A stretch of DNA of 64,000 bases from an uncultured Rivularia sp. (lineage in GTDB: Bacteria > Cyanobacteriota > Cyanobacteriia > Cyanobacteriales > Nostocaceae), in NCBI GenBank assembly GCA_963665115.1, contig OY762007.1:6016001-6080000 (forward strand), read 5' to 3'. Both the position numbers and the translations under genes were made by a program. The notes under the pieces were generated by a model. That model was not told the origin of the DNA, did no database searches, and worked only from the letters and a program-made list of their open reading frames with translations. Shown one piece after another: positions 13,652 to 25,303 of this stretch. Each line of letters starts with the position of its first letter. Position 1 is the stretch's first letter.

Positions 13652-13691
13652 TATCACTATAGTGATAAGAGTTTTTATGACTATAGTAATA
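13652..13691. promoter_or_regulatory. Pair of palindromic operator-like sites TATCACTATAGTGATA / TATGACTATAGTAATA
   Basis: Perfect 16-bp palindrome at 13652-13667 and a near copy 24 bp downstream, between xis and the transfer operon. Related sites at 28754 and 46174. Confidence 0.6.
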
Positions 13692-13823
13692 ATCCTCTTT
13701 ACGTCACAAGGAAAGCATTTAAAGTGGATATTTAATAGAAAATAACTTTAATAGTTTAGAAGGCTAACTTCTACAACATATTCAAAAAATTAAAAGAGGC
13801 ATAGCTGCGAATGTATATAGCTA

Positions 13824-14853
13824 TTGGATAAAACTATGAGCAAGTTAATCGATAACTGTTTCATTACAGACCCATTAGACTTGAATTACATTTCCCATGT
13901 CGTAAACCAAGTATTAGAATCAAAACATCACTTAGCCGATATAAAGGATTTACAAGCATCTTTAAAGGAAGTGAGTTTACAACATGGTCAAGAAATACAA
14001 ATGAATCTAGTCTTTGAAGAAAATCAACTGAGTGGATTCAACTTTTCTGTCACCAACGACTCTAGCAAAACGACAGCTAATATTCCTTTCAAGCAGCAGC
14101 AAAGCAATATCTCTTCAGAAAAGGGAGATATAATTTCTGGTAAGCAAACTATTTCTTCTGTTGTGACACAACCAGAAAATAACATAACAGTTTCTTCTCC
14201 ATCATCTCAAAAGATAACTATTACACCGGGGTTACAAGTAGAAGACCAACACATTATCAATCCGGAACAACCGGAAAATCAAACAATCCTCAAATCGTCT
14301 TTTTCAGTCAAAGAAAATATCAATCCAGACTTAATAAATATTGCCAATCAATTAGCGAATCAACAAGAAGTTAATGGATTGTTATTAACTGGATTACCTC
14401 TAAAATCAAGTATTAATTTAAAAGGTGCTTTACAACAAGAGGAACAACTAGATGTTCAAACTGCTGGATTAGCAATACTCAAACGCTTTGAGCAAGTTTT
14501 ACCGCAAGAATTCATCGAGCTAAAAGCAGGTGAAGCTCCCAAAGCTTTTAATTGGAAAGACCCCAGAGTCAAATAAACAATATCGCTTTTGTTTTGAAGC
14601 AGCTAAAACTGATTTAGATGGAAATGTTTTAATTCCTGCTTCTTTGAAGGGGTTTGATACAAAATCTGTAGAAACTGAACAACAAGTATTTGCTGCGACT
14701 CTAATAGATTCTAAATATAACCGTTGGAGTATTGAGCAATGTGATTTTAATAAAAATCAGATTCAATCTTTAAAGAAAGCATCACAATCCACACTCCCCA
14801 ATCATTCAACCGCATCATTGGATGCGGTTAATGATTTTTCTTATGAAATATAA
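13824..14853 (+). CDS. Hypothetical protein at the head of the transfer operon; frameshift at ~14562
   Basis: ORFs 13824..14576 and 14530..14853 join as WKDPESNKQYRF if one C of CCCC is removed. Confidence 0.65.
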
Positions 14854-14880
14854 AATTTTTCAATCTCTTACTAATTAACT

Positions 14881-15537
14881 ATGTACAGCAAAGAGAAATA
14901 TGCTTCGAGAAATGAGTTGTACGAACACTACAAGTTAAAGACTGCTGCTGCTAATATTTATTATTCTGGTGTTTTGAGCTTAGTCACAAACTTTGTATGG
15001 ACTAAAACAGATACTAGATTAAGCTTAGTTTTAGGATTTGGTTTAATTTATTTAACTGTAAAAGAACCACTTCTAATTTCAATTATCTTATCTATCAGTT
15101 TATTCTTCTACTGTTTGAATAGGATAATTAAACTAATACCTTGGCTCCACAAAATAGTTAACGCTAAAATTAGTTTTTGGCACATAGCAGGGTTAATTAT
15201 TGCATTAACTGCAACACTTACAATATTTGAATTACCAGCGCACGCAATCTTCTTGAGTGGATTAGAAGAATTTCTAGCAGGAATTGCAGAAGAAAGTTCT
15301 GTAGGAGGAGCAAGCACAATATCACCAGAAGCAATAACTTTAGTATTCAACGCAATTCGTGGAGTCTTTCTGCTATTGGTTGGAGTTGCAGCATTATTTG
15401 CTTATAACCAAGCACAGCAAGGGAACGACTGGCGACCAATTGCAACTCAAGCAGGTTTAGCAATTGGAATTATCCTCACAATCGATGTTATTACATTTCT
15501 ATTTATTGGTGATGGAACTGGAACTGCTGGAGGGTGA
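14881..15537 (+). CDS. VirB2/pilin-like membrane protein
   Basis: AHA processing-like site followed by two TM helices with a QQGNDWRP loop; lies before the VirB3/VirB4-like genes. Confidence 0.6.
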   Translation: MYSKEKYASRNELYEHYKLKTAAANIYYSGVLSLVTNFVWTKTDTRLSLVLGFGLIYLTVKEPLLISIILSISLFFYCLNRIIKLIPWLHKIVNAKISFWHIAGLIIALTATLTIFELPAHAIFLSGLEEFLAGIAEESSVGGASTISPEAITLVFNAIRGVFLLLVGVAALFAYNQAQQGNDWRPIATQAGLAIGIILTIDVITFLFIGDGTGTAGG

Positions 15538-15627
15538 TAGGAGTGAGGGAGGCAGGGTATGAAAGAGTGAGGGAGGGAGAGAGGGAGAGAGCGAGGGAAA
15601 ATAATACGTAATAAAAAAAATAGTTGA

Positions 15628-15969
15628 ATGAATTGGGACAAAGAGCCAATTAAAGTAAATAAAATAATTGGAAAACAAGCGGGCTTAGGTCCAATCCCAG
15701 CTAATCAAATTTTGCCTTGGTTCGCGATTATTACAATTACCTATTTCATTTTTGATGGATTACTTAGTTGGGGAATACCCAAGGTCGCAGTTATCAGTTT
15801 TTGGTTAATTTTGAGTTGGTGGTTCGTAACGGGAAAAGACCCAGATAAATATATTAATCTTTTTCGTAAACCCAAAGGTAGCAACTGGGTTATCGGTGGT
15901 GCAATTTATATATCTCCTTTACTTTCTCGGAATATCAGAAAGCAACTAAAGAAGCATAAACGCGGATGA
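15628..15969 (+). CDS. VirB3-like membrane protein
   Basis: 113 aa with two TM segments; overlaps the start of the VirB4-like gene. Confidence 0.6.
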   Translation: MNWDKEPIKVNKIIGKQAGLGPIPANQILPWFAIITITYFIFDGLLSWGIPKVAVISFWLILSWWFVTGKDPDKYINLFRKPKGSNWVIGGAIYISPLLSRNIRKQLKKHKRG

Positions 15970-18841
15970 AAGCTCATATTCAAACGATAAATTCTATCGA
16001 CCAAAACAATGAAAAATCGCAATACCTCCCTTTTGAAAACGAACTCGACCTCTGCTGCATGGTTCGCATCGAAAGAGACAATCGCAAAGTAGGAGCGTTT
16101 CTACTCAATCAAGGCGATATTAAAGACGAAAACCAATTCCAAGTTGTTTTCGGTTTCCAAGTCAAAGGTATCCACAATCAACTTTATCCAGAAGAAGTAA
16201 CATCAATATCGGCTTCCATTTCCGAGGCTATGAAATCTATCCTTCCGGGAGAAAAATGTACTTTTCTTCTAGGACGTTATTCGGATGACTCTCTAAGACA
16301 AGAACATCTCAATAATCTTGCTCAAAATTGTTCGTTAAAACTACCAGCTATCCTAACTCGTAACGAACAAGCAAGAGTACAAGAATTAAATCGTAGAGGA
16401 GCAAGGTCAACTTGGCAACAAATTGTATTCTGTACTTGGACTGCGGGTACTTTTGGAGACAATAAAACTGACCCTCTGTCTAAACTAATATACTATTCGG
16501 GGAAAGCAGGACGTTTTTTCTTGGATAACGTTACCGGACGTATTTCACAAAGACAAGAGCAACTTCTCAATATCTTATTGATGAAAGCCTACACCCAAGG
16601 ATTTATTCAGTGGGAAATGCTGTTTAATACAAAGGCTGGATTAGAACTTTCTCCGCTCAACGATACACAATTATGGTCGTGGTTGTGGAAAAGATTTAAT
16701 AAATACGAAGCACCACCGATTCCTCAGTTACTAGTTATTTCAGAAGATAAAGATAGCGGTATTAAATTAACGGAAATCCAAAATTCTCTCAAACATTCCA
16801 CAACTATCTTGATTTCTGGAGAAAAAGGTAGAAGTTCTTGTCCCGAACACCGTCAATGTACGAACCGCGTTTATGTTAAAGATAAAGTTTGCGGTGTCTT
16901 GACGATGACTGATACTGTTATTGCGTGGCTTAATGCAAAAGAACAAATTTCATGGATGTGGAAAGTTTTGAGCGAAAATCATGTCCGAAATACCGAAGCA
17001 TGGGTAGAAATTTCAGCAGCGAACCGATATCTAACCCAAGACAATTTACACCGTCAAGCAAAGCAAACCAAAGCTGCTAGAGAACGAGCATTATTTAAGG
17101 GAACTGGCAGGGATGTAGGTGCTGAAATCAAGCAGGAAGAAAGCTTTGATGCACAAAAGAAACTATATAAAGGTGCTGTTCCTCTTAATTGTGCAGTAGT
17201 ATTTTTAGTGTACCGCGAGAATGCAGAGAGCTTAGACCTTGCTTGTAACCTGCTATGCAATAGTTTCGGTACAGAAGACAGTAGTCCGAGAAAGAAACAT
17301 CGCTTCTCAAATCTGGTTAGAAACTTTACCAATAACCTGGCGAAGAATTTTACATTCGAGTTCAATTCTCAGCGAACGACGACTGGTATTAGAAAGTGAA
17401 ACAGTCGCAGGTGTTTTACCGCTAACTCTACCTAAAAAACTTGATGATAGGGGTGTAGAGTTTCTCACCAATCGAGGTGGTAAACCTGTTTGCGTGGATT
17501 TATTTACCCATACCCAACATGCATTAATTACGGGTAAAACAGGTTCTGGTAAATCAGTATTGCTATGGCGATTTATGCTTGATGCATTATCCCAGGGGAT
17601 ACCAGTGGTTGGCATGGATATACCCGCAGCCGATGGAGAAAGTTCTTTTAAGACAGCTATTGATTTATTAGGGGATGCAGGTGCTTACTTTGATTTATCC
17701 CGCGCTTCTAATAACCTAATGGAACCCCCAGATTTACGGGACTTTGACGCAGAAGAACGAGCTTCGCGGATGAAATCATGGCGTTCGTTTATACGTAATG
17801 CTTTGAGTGTTATCGTTATGGGACGCTTAGATGCTCCCCATTTAGCACAACGAGTAGATGCAATTCTGATGCAAGCACTAGATGTGTTTCTAAGTGACCC
17901 CTGACATTATCGAGCGCTATAATTTGGCTTTTTCTAAAGGTTGGAAATCTCCCGAATGGCAGGATATTCCAACATTAAAGGATTTTTCAAGATTCTGTTC
18001 CATTGCGCGACTTAATATTCAAAAACCAGAAGCCATTGACCATCAAGCAATAAACCAAATCACTAGCCAAATTGCCGCACTGTTAGTAAGTCCTTTAGGT
18101 ACAGCCATAGGTAAACCAAGCAGTTTTTCACCAGAACCAATGGTCAAATTCTATGCTTTGACAGGTTTGAGTAACGACCAGGATTCATACACAATGGCTG
18201 TTGCTGCAAAGGCTGCCTGTTTGAGAGTAGCGCTTTCCCATCTTAAAAGCCTTTTTATCGGCGACGAACTTTCTGTATTGTTCCGCAAAGATGGCTTCAG
18301 CGCAATGGTTGGAGAACTCTGCGCTACAGCAAGGAAAGATGGATTAAGTATAGTTTTATCAAGCCAAGACCCGGATACAATCTGTCAATCATCAGCAGCA
18401 GCGATGATTATGCAGAATATAAGTTACAGAATTACTGGTTGCATTACTTCAAATGCTGTTGCTTCATTTGAGAAGTACTTGTCATATCCGGTTGAAATCA
18501 TTGCTCATAATGCTTCGGAATCGTTCTTTCCCCGTCGTTCTGATTTGTATTCATGTTGGTTAATCGAGAAAGGAGGACGTTTCTGGCAAACCAGATTTTA
18601 TCCGGGAGAAATGGCTTTGGCAGCAATAGCGACCAATCAAGAAGAACGCAGTACTCGTCGAGCAATTTTGTCCCAATACCCCAATACCACTAAAGGACAA
18701 TTACAGGGGTTAGCTGAATTTACCAGGGTTTATGTTTCATCTATTAAGCAAAACAGAGGTTTATCACATATCAATGGAGAAGGTAAAAATGTATCAGAAA
18801 AAGATAAAGTTGAAGACTCGGAAATGCCAACGAATACGTAG
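15966..18841 (+). CDS. virB4: VirB4-family conjugative ATPase, split by two frameshifts (~17272, ~17898)
   Basis: Three consecutive overlapping ORFs. Walker A HALITGKTGSGKS, Walker B FIGDE, and ARKDGLSIVLSSQ. Confidence 0.85.
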
Positions 18842-19721
18842 ATTTCGAGGTAAGAGTAGAGAAGGTAGAAAACAAAAAGCAGAAGCTACAACAAAAAGAA
18901 CCAACTCTTTACGTTTTGCACCCTCTTACTTCTACCTTCTTGTTAGAAGTATTTCAATCATAGGAATAACAGTTACAGCTTTGAATGTGATTAGAGTCAG
19001 TTCATCATTGGCAGCAACTTCAGATATATCTGACAATAATGCTGTTGCTCAAACTCAAGGTACAACATTTAATGAAAATTCATCAAATGAAATTCAAGGA
19101 TTTATTGATGATGTACGTTCTTTTGTTCGCGGTGATTTTTTCGGTAACATCAAACAGCTCGTTCAAAATTCAATCGGTTCGGTTGATATCCCCGATTTAG
19201 GTCAAGTCGTAAACCAAATTATGAGAGGTTCGCTTCCCCAAGATGGAGTTACATCTAATAGATTAGAAAACAATCTTCCTAATTCCTATGCGATTCGCCA
19301 AGATTTAGCTAATCAAAGCGAAAGAGTAGGAGCAGTTGAAGTTTCACAGAGTAAAACTCTTTCTAAGAATGCTCAACAACAATCTTTTGAAACTCTTGAA
19401 TTAAGCGCTAATTCTGAAATTGAATCAACTCAAATGTCAGATGATTCTCAAAATACCGATACTTCGCAGCAAATTCTTCAGAACATCTCTCAACAGTTGA
19501 AAAATAATGCTACTATTTCCAATCTTCAATATCAGGAAGCTTCACAAGCAAGATTTGATAGGGCTTTGGGACTAAATTTGACTGCTCAAGTTGCAAAAGA
19601 ACTTAATGCTGCTAACATTGGCGATCGCCAATCTCAAATTTCTACTGGAAATCGTGCTGTATCGCAAGGTTCTCTGCTGATGATGCCAGGAGGTGCCGTC
19701 TTAGGAAGAGTGAGGGAGTGA
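18732..19721 (+). CDS. VirB5-like T4SS protein (start uncertain)
   Basis: Signal-like hydrophobic stretch, Q/N-rich helical body with TSQQILQ; lies between VirB4 and VirB6-like genes. Confidence 0.5.
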   Translation: MFHLLSKTEVYHISMEKVKMYQKKIKLKTRKCQRIRRFRGKSREGRKQKAEATTKRTNSLRFAPSYFYLLVRSISIIGITVTALNVIRVSSSLAATSDISDNNAVAQTQGTTFNENSSNEIQGFIDDVRSFVRGDFFGNIKQLVQNSIGSVDIPDLGQVVNQIMRGSLPQDGVTSNRLENNLPNSYAIRQDLANQSERVGAVEVSQSKTLSKNAQQQSFETLELSANSEIESTQMSDDSQNTDTSQQILQNISQQLKNNATISNLQYQEASQARFDRALGLNLTAQVAKELNAANIGDRQSQISTGNRAVSQGSLLMMPGGAVLGRVRE

Positions 19722-19789
19722 GAGGGGGAGGGAGTGAGGGAATCAATTAATTGTGATTGATAATAATCTATTTTGAGGAAGTATTCATC

Positions 19790-20971
19790 ATGCAAATTAG
19801 TAATTTTATAGTACCATCCCACTATTGCACGTCAGCTTATTCCCATTTCACTTCTCTCCTTTCCTCACACTTTCTCTCACTCACTCACTCTCTCCCTCTC
19901 TCACTCCTTGCCCAAGCGGATAACTATTCTGACTCGGCTGTTGGAATTAGTTTAATCAGAAGCAGCATTCAACTGAGTCAACAAACCGTTGAATCTTGGA
20001 ATAAAGTTTGGGGAGACGTGGTTAACCCGTCGGGTGCATTATGGGCAGGTTTATGTAATTTAGGTACAACATTAGCAGCATTAAGTATCATCATTCTCGC
20101 CATAAAGATGGCTGCTGATTATCAAGAAAAGCGGTTTTTATGGTCGGAATTAGCTGCATCTGTTATCTACCCGTTGGTAATCGCTCTTTTTCTCGGAAGT
20201 AACGGTTATTTACTTTCCCAAACCGTGCTTATTATTAGAAATATTGGTCATCAACAAGTTGTCAGTGTTCTTGATATTCAACTAGCAGATACGACTTTTA
20301 AAAGTGCAATATCTAATGTTACCTTAACCCAAAATGTTAAAACGAGCGTGTCTACAATTTATGCTGAATGTCAGGGGAAAACTGGTAAACCTCTTACAGA
20401 TTGTCTCCAAGAAAAAAGACCAATTGTAGAAGAAATTCTTGAAACAGCAGAGCAACAAAATAATGCACCATTAGAACAAGCACGACAAGCTGTTGCTGAA
20501 TTAAAAGATTTTGTACAAAACCCTGGGACAGTTTTTAATGCTTCTATTTCCCTTATACTAGTAACTTTTTTATATGCTCTTCAATGGGCTTTTGTCAATA
20601 TTTTAGAAGCTGCATTAATGATGACTGCAACATTTGCACCAATTGCTTTAGGGTTAAGTTTATTACCTTTAGGGTCAAAACCAATATGGGCTTGGGCTAG
20701 CGGTTTTGTATCTTTATTTGGAGTCCAATTGGGATATAACATTGTGGTGGGTTTAGCTGCAACTGTAATTGTTTCTGCTGGGGCACAAAGCGTTTCCGAT
20801 TTAGCATTTTTAGCATTTATCAGTATCTTTGCTCCTGCACTTGCACTGTTGATTGCAGGTGGTGGAGGAATTGCACTTTATACAGGTATTAATAGTAGAG
20901 TTCCAGCACTTGTAAATGCAGCATTTGATGGAGTAGTAGCGGTAGCAACAGGTTTTGTAGGAAAGGTGTAA
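19790..20971 (+). CDS. VirB6-like polytopic membrane protein
   Basis: Multiple TM helices with TATFAPIALGLSLLP; ATG at 19790 follows GAGGA. Confidence 0.7.
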   Translation: MQISNFIVPSHYCTSAYSHFTSLLSSHFLSLTHSLPLSLLAQADNYSDSAVGISLIRSSIQLSQQTVESWNKVWGDVVNPSGALWAGLCNLGTTLAALSIIILAIKMAADYQEKRFLWSELAASVIYPLVIALFLGSNGYLLSQTVLIIRNIGHQQVVSVLDIQLADTTFKSAISNVTLTQNVKTSVSTIYAECQGKTGKPLTDCLQEKRPIVEEILETAEQQNNAPLEQARQAVAELKDFVQNPGTVFNASISLILVTFLYALQWAFVNILEAALMMTATFAPIALGLSLLPLGSKPIWAWASGFVSLFGVQLGYNIVVGLAATVIVSAGAQSVSDLAFLAFISIFAPALALLIAGGGGIALYTGINSRVPALVNAAFDGVVAVATGFVGKV

Positions 20972-20974
20972 TAG

Positions 20975-21730
20975 ATGCTTAAGTCTTTGAGAAAAATTCG
21001 ACGACCTAACTTGTTAATCGATTCCAAAGATATACTTCCTTTATGCTTTGTCGGGCTAACAACATTTAGCTTGATAAGTTTTTTGTTTTTACTGTTTTTA
21101 AGTTTTAAAGTTAATCAACTTACTGCTAGAAAAACAACGTTTGTACAATTAGTTAATGGTCGCGCTCTAGTTATGTCGGAGCAACACTATTTATATCGTC
21201 ATCCAGAAGTTATAAAAAATACTGTTAGACAATGGGCTAATTTAACTTTTAATTGGGATGGTATTATTCCAGGAACAAAAGAATTAGATAAAGGAAGAAA
21301 TATAGGTAAAGGTAAACGTGTTACTACAAATGCTTATATTGCTTCGTTTTTAATTCAATCGGGTAAAAAAGGATTTCGTAATGCTGTACTCGAAGAACTT
21401 GCTTCTATTACACCTGCTCGCGTATTCAAAGGTCAAGTTCGTTCCAAAATAATTATTTCCTATTTATCGGCTCCTAGACAAGTAAAAATGGGCGAATGGG
21501 AAGTAGATATGGTGGCAACAAGGGTGTTAGTAAACTTACCTGGTGGTGCTGATGAAGAAATCAATTTCAACCGCACTTTTAGATTAAAAGCAGTTGATAT
21601 TCCTTCTCCACAATCGAATGATAGTTCTGCATTAGAACAGCAATTATATGAGATTAGAAGTGCAGGCTTGGAGATAGTTAAGATTTCTGAGTTTACGGGA
21701 GGGGTAAGGAGTGAGGGAGGGAGAGAGTGA
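20975..21730 (+). CDS. VirB8-like protein
   Basis: Single N-terminal TM; C-terminal WEVDMVATR..FNRTF NTF2-like pattern; operon position. Confidence 0.6.
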   Translation: MLKSLRKIRRPNLLIDSKDILPLCFVGLTTFSLISFLFLLFLSFKVNQLTARKTTFVQLVNGRALVMSEQHYLYRHPEVIKNTVRQWANLTFNWDGIIPGTKELDKGRNIGKGKRVTTNAYIASFLIQSGKKGFRNAVLEELASITPARVFKGQVRSKIIISYLSAPRQVKMGEWEVDMVATRVLVNLPGGADEEINFNRTFRLKAVDIPSPQSNDSSALEQQLYEIRSAGLEIVKISEFTGGVRSEGGRE

Positions 21731-21761
21731 GGGAAGAGAAAATAATACATAGTCATTTTAT

Positions 21762-23507
21762 ATGAACACTAATCAAGAAAACCATCAAAACGAATTACTT
21801 GATGATGAATTAACTCCAGAGGAGGAATTGGAAATATCGGGATATCAACCCGAACAAGTAGCTTTGATTGACCAAGAGTTTTTAATTGAGCGAGATAACG
21901 AACAAGCAGAACCCCAATCGGGAAGCGAAAATCCTTTAATCAGATTTGCAATCGCGTCTGCGGTAGTCGGTGGTGTTATGGGGTTTGGTTGGATGATTTG
22001 GTCAATCTTCTTTTCTCCTAAACCAGTTGTTAAAGCTCCGGCACAAAAACCCACATCAAAAGTTTTCGAGAAGGAAGAAAGCTCGGAAGCAGCACGTCTT
22101 AAAGCTGAATTAGCTCTGAGGAACCAAGCAAGTCGGAATGTCGAACAACCTCCCGTACAAACTCTACCTTCACCAAAATCAAAGCCTAGTAAACCCGTAA
22201 GAACAGCTCGCAAACCAAAACGGAGTAAACCCAGAATCATCCGAGAAAAAGTCCCATCACCACCAAGAATAATCCGGGAAACAGTACCATCACCACCGAG
22301 AATAATCCGAGAAAAAGTGCCATCCCCACCGAAAATTATTCGAGAAACAGTACCAGACAAGACACAACCAAAGAATACAGTTGTTATTCCTTCTGTAGCA
22401 CCAAGGACAGTTGAAAAAATAGACCCATTCGAGCGTTGGAATCAACTTGCAACTTTGGGACAACAAACAACATCAGTGAGTAACAAAAATTGGACACAAG
22501 ATAATCAAACATTTGAACAAGCACAGTCATTACCAGATCAACCATTTTCTGAATTATCAGAAAGTAAAAATACGCCAACGAAATTAGAAAATGATTCATC
22601 TCCAATCCAAATTACAAATGCTTCTAATGAGGCGCAAGATAAAGATAGAGCTATTTCAACAGTTCCAATTAGTAGCTCAAGCAATAATTTAAATAGAAAC
22701 CATTTGGAGAATCAAACACCAGGGGAATTAGGTATTTTAAATCGAACTCCTCCTAATTTGCAGCAAGAAACTATTACTGCTTCCAATTCTCCAATTCAAG
22801 TGCAAATAGGGACAAGTGCAGAAGCATCTGTTTTAGTACCAATAATTTGGAATGAGGAAGATAACAATCAGGAACGCTTTGCTGTTGAACTACAAGAAGA
22901 CGTTTTATCTATGGATAAACGTATAGCATTAGCAAAAGGAACTATTCTAATTACAGAAATACATTCAGTTTATAAAATTAATAAGCTTGTTAAGCAAAGT
23001 GTTGTTGCAGTTGTTTATAAAGATTCTGCTGGTAGAATCCAACAAAAAAAAATACCCAAAAATACGATTTTAGTTCGAGGAGAAAAGAACAAACCCTTAC
23101 TTGCAAAATCTATTTCTGATAAAGGTAAAGAACAAGATAAACAAGATATTTTAATCGGATTGTTAGGAGCAGCAGGTCGTGCTGGGGAAGTATTTAATCA
23201 AAATCAAAACCAATCTTCGACGGTCATTTCTAATAATGGTTTTAGTAGCCAGACATTTAACACTAAAGCTAGAAAACCAAATCTTTTAGCCGCAGCTGTA
23301 GAAGGATTTTTCAAACCCATGTCACAACGTTTAAGCCAACGTGCCAATAAAGCGTCTAACGAAATTATGAATCGTCCCGATGTTGCTGTTGTACCTGCGG
23401 GGACGAAGGTTTCGGTTGTTTTTAGTAACTTCTTTGAGGTAGGAGGGGAGGAGTGGGGGAGTGGGGGAGTGGGGGATGAATCAGTGAACCATCCTTCTAC
23501 CTTCTAA
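21762..23507 (+). CDS. VirB10/TrbI-like protein
   Basis: TM helix, proline-rich linker, C-terminal beta domain (IALAKGTILI, VVPAGTKVSV). Confidence 0.75.
   Translation: MNTNQENHQNELLDDELTPEEELEISGYQPEQVALIDQEFLIERDNEQAEPQSGSENPLIRFAIASAVVGGVMGFGWMIWSIFFSPKPVVKAPAQKPTSKVFEKEESSEAARLKAELALRNQASRNVEQPPVQTLPSPKSKPSKPVRTARKPKRSKPRIIREKVPSPPRIIRETVPSPPRIIREKVPSPPKIIRETVPDKTQPKNTVVIPSVAPRTVEKIDPFERWNQLATLGQQTTSVSNKNWTQDNQTFEQAQSLPDQPFSELSESKNTPTKLENDSSPIQITNASNEAQDKDRAISTVPISSSSNNLNRNHLENQTPGELGILNRTPPNLQQETITASNSPIQVQIGTSAEASVLVPIIWNEEDNNQERFAVELQEDVLSMDKRIALAKGTILITEIHSVYKINKLVKQSVVAVVYKDSAGRIQQKKIPKNTILVRGEKNKPLLAKSISDKGKEQDKQDILIGLLGAAGRAGEVFNQNQNQSSTVISNNGFSSQTFNTKARKPNLLAAAVEGFFKPMSQRLSQRANKASNEIMNRPDVAVVPAGTKVSVVFSNFFEVGGEEWGSGGVGDESVNHPSTF
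22230..22355 (+). repeat. Coding tandem repeat, 30-bp unit (PRIIRE[K/T]VPSP) x4
   Basis: Visible in both the DNA and the VirB10-like translation. Confidence 0.85.
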
Positions 23508-23579
23508 TTATTTACTTCTGTAACTCCTGCTCCCCCACTCTCCCACTCTCCCCCTCCCCCACTCCTTTTTAAGACGGAT

Positions 23580-24326
23580 ATGAAAAAACCAACAATGACA
23601 GCTTTCGGAATATTTACTATACTCCTGACAACTCCGACTCCATCCTATGCCGAATCAGCGATATTAACAGTCAATGCGAACCAAGCTAGAGGTTTAGACT
23701 CAAAAGCTATTGATGTAAAAGTTTGGACTGGTCGAGCAACTGCGATTGATTTTTCAAAAGTTAACGAACGCATTACTCAAATTTTTCTAGCAGACCCGAC
23801 TCACTTTACTTATGCTACCGATACACCTTTAGATAGCGGTCAAGGCACAACTATCTTCTTACGTAAAATACAGCCTCTAAAATTTCCTAATTTGACAACA
23901 ACGAATGTTACAAATTTATTCGTTAAGACTAGAGCTAGTGACGGTAAATTTCATTTATACACTTTTAACTTACTTCATAGTAATAGCTCACCTGCTTACA
24001 GTGGCTTAAGCATATCCAATCAAACTCCAAACCCATTGAGGGGGGAGCCTACTTTACAAGTAGGTTCTTTTAGGAAAGCGACAATTAGCGATATTGAACG
24101 TGGTTTGGTTTCTGCTATTCGTAAGGGTTATACTCCACCATCTGACCCAGCTGTTACTAAAGTTAGAGAATTTATTGCATTGGCTCGAAATACCTCAGAT
24201 AAATCTTTGGTTGAAATTGCTCAAAATACAAAAGTTAGTTTACCTTTATTAGCTGAATTAGGATTATTAGGAATTGAAGATAGTTTAAAACAACCTTTAC
24301 CCAAACAACCTCAATCAAAAAATTAA
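23580..24326 (+). CDS. VirB9-like secreted T4SS protein
   Basis: Signal peptide (PSYA), beta-rich N-terminal domain, follows VirB10-like gene. Confidence 0.55.
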   Translation: MKKPTMTAFGIFTILLTTPTPSYAESAILTVNANQARGLDSKAIDVKVWTGRATAIDFSKVNERITQIFLADPTHFTYATDTPLDSGQGTTIFLRKIQPLKFPNLTTTNVTNLFVKTRASDGKFHLYTFNLLHSNSSPAYSGLSISNQTPNPLRGEPTLQVGSFRKATISDIERGLVSAIRKGYTPPSDPAVTKVREFIALARNTSDKSLVEIAQNTKVSLPLLAELGLLGIEDSLKQPLPKQPQSKN

Positions 24327-24354
24327 TTTCAAAATTTATATTAATGACAATTAA

Positions 24355-25269
24355 GTGAACCAGTATTATACTGCAATATTTTATCCGCGTTTAATACTTA
24401 AATTTATTGCGGAGAATCCTACACCAAATTTTAAGAAACATTCTCATATAATTGATAGTAATCAAGCCAATTTACCAAACAAAGAAACAAATGACAGTAA
24501 CTATGTTTTAAACAAAATATTTTATATATTGATTTGTATAAATTTATTTATCTCTATTTGTTTTTATTTCCTTGGTTTATATCCCCTTTGGCTAATTGTT
24601 GCTGTATGGGCTTCTATCAATTTAGGCTGCTCATGTTTTATATCCAACTTACGTAAACAATCAAGCAAGAAAAATATTCCTAGTTCTATTCAACTAAAAA
24701 CGAATAAAGAAAATAAAATAGTAATGCATCTACCAAAGCGTGAAGCAAAACTACATCGTTGGCTGAATGGAAAAGTATTACAACCACTAGGTAAGAGTGA
24801 TGCTCAGAGTGGTGTTTCTGAAAAAACTTTTTATCAAATTACTAAGCGCTTCTTTCCAAATATTGTTCAAGGAGTAGCATTTCATAACCCAAAATTCTCC
24901 CACCCTTACTCAGCGGATTTCTTAATAGTACATACAAGCGGTTTAAGCATCGATATAGAAATTGACGAACCATATGTAGGTAATACTAAAGAACCACATC
25001 ATTGTATTGACCAAGGAAAAGACACGATTAGAAATCAATTTTTTACTAATAATAATTGGGTGGTGATTCGTTTTAGTGAGAAGCAAGCTGTTAAATATCC
25101 GTATCGTTGTTGCAAAGTGATAGCTCAAGTTATTGCTAGAGTTTCAGGTGATTTTACTTTCTTGAGTCAGTTAAATAATGTACCATCATTACCACCCGAA
25201 CCCATGTGGACTGTAAAGCAAGCGAAGAAGTGGGTAAAGGACAATTATCGAAAAACTTATTTACAATAA
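24355..25269 (+). CDS. Membrane-anchored DUF559/Vsr-like PD-(D/E)xK nuclease
   Basis: Two TM helices, then YSADF..IDIEIDEPY..HH..D..RN..F...NWVVIRFSE. Confidence 0.7.
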   Translation: MNQYYTAIFYPRLILKFIAENPTPNFKKHSHIIDSNQANLPNKETNDSNYVLNKIFYILICINLFISICFYFLGLYPLWLIVAVWASINLGCSCFISNLRKQSSKKNIPSSIQLKTNKENKIVMHLPKREAKLHRWLNGKVLQPLGKSDAQSGVSEKTFYQITKRFFPNIVQGVAFHNPKFSHPYSADFLIVHTSGLSIDIEIDEPYVGNTKEPHHCIDQGKDTIRNQFFTNNNWVVIRFSEKQAVKYPYRCCKVIAQVIARVSGDFTFLSQLNNVPSLPPEPMWTVKQAKKWVKDNYRKTYLQ

Positions 25270-25303
25270 ATACGATAAAATTTTTTTAACATGAAATAGA
25301 ATC

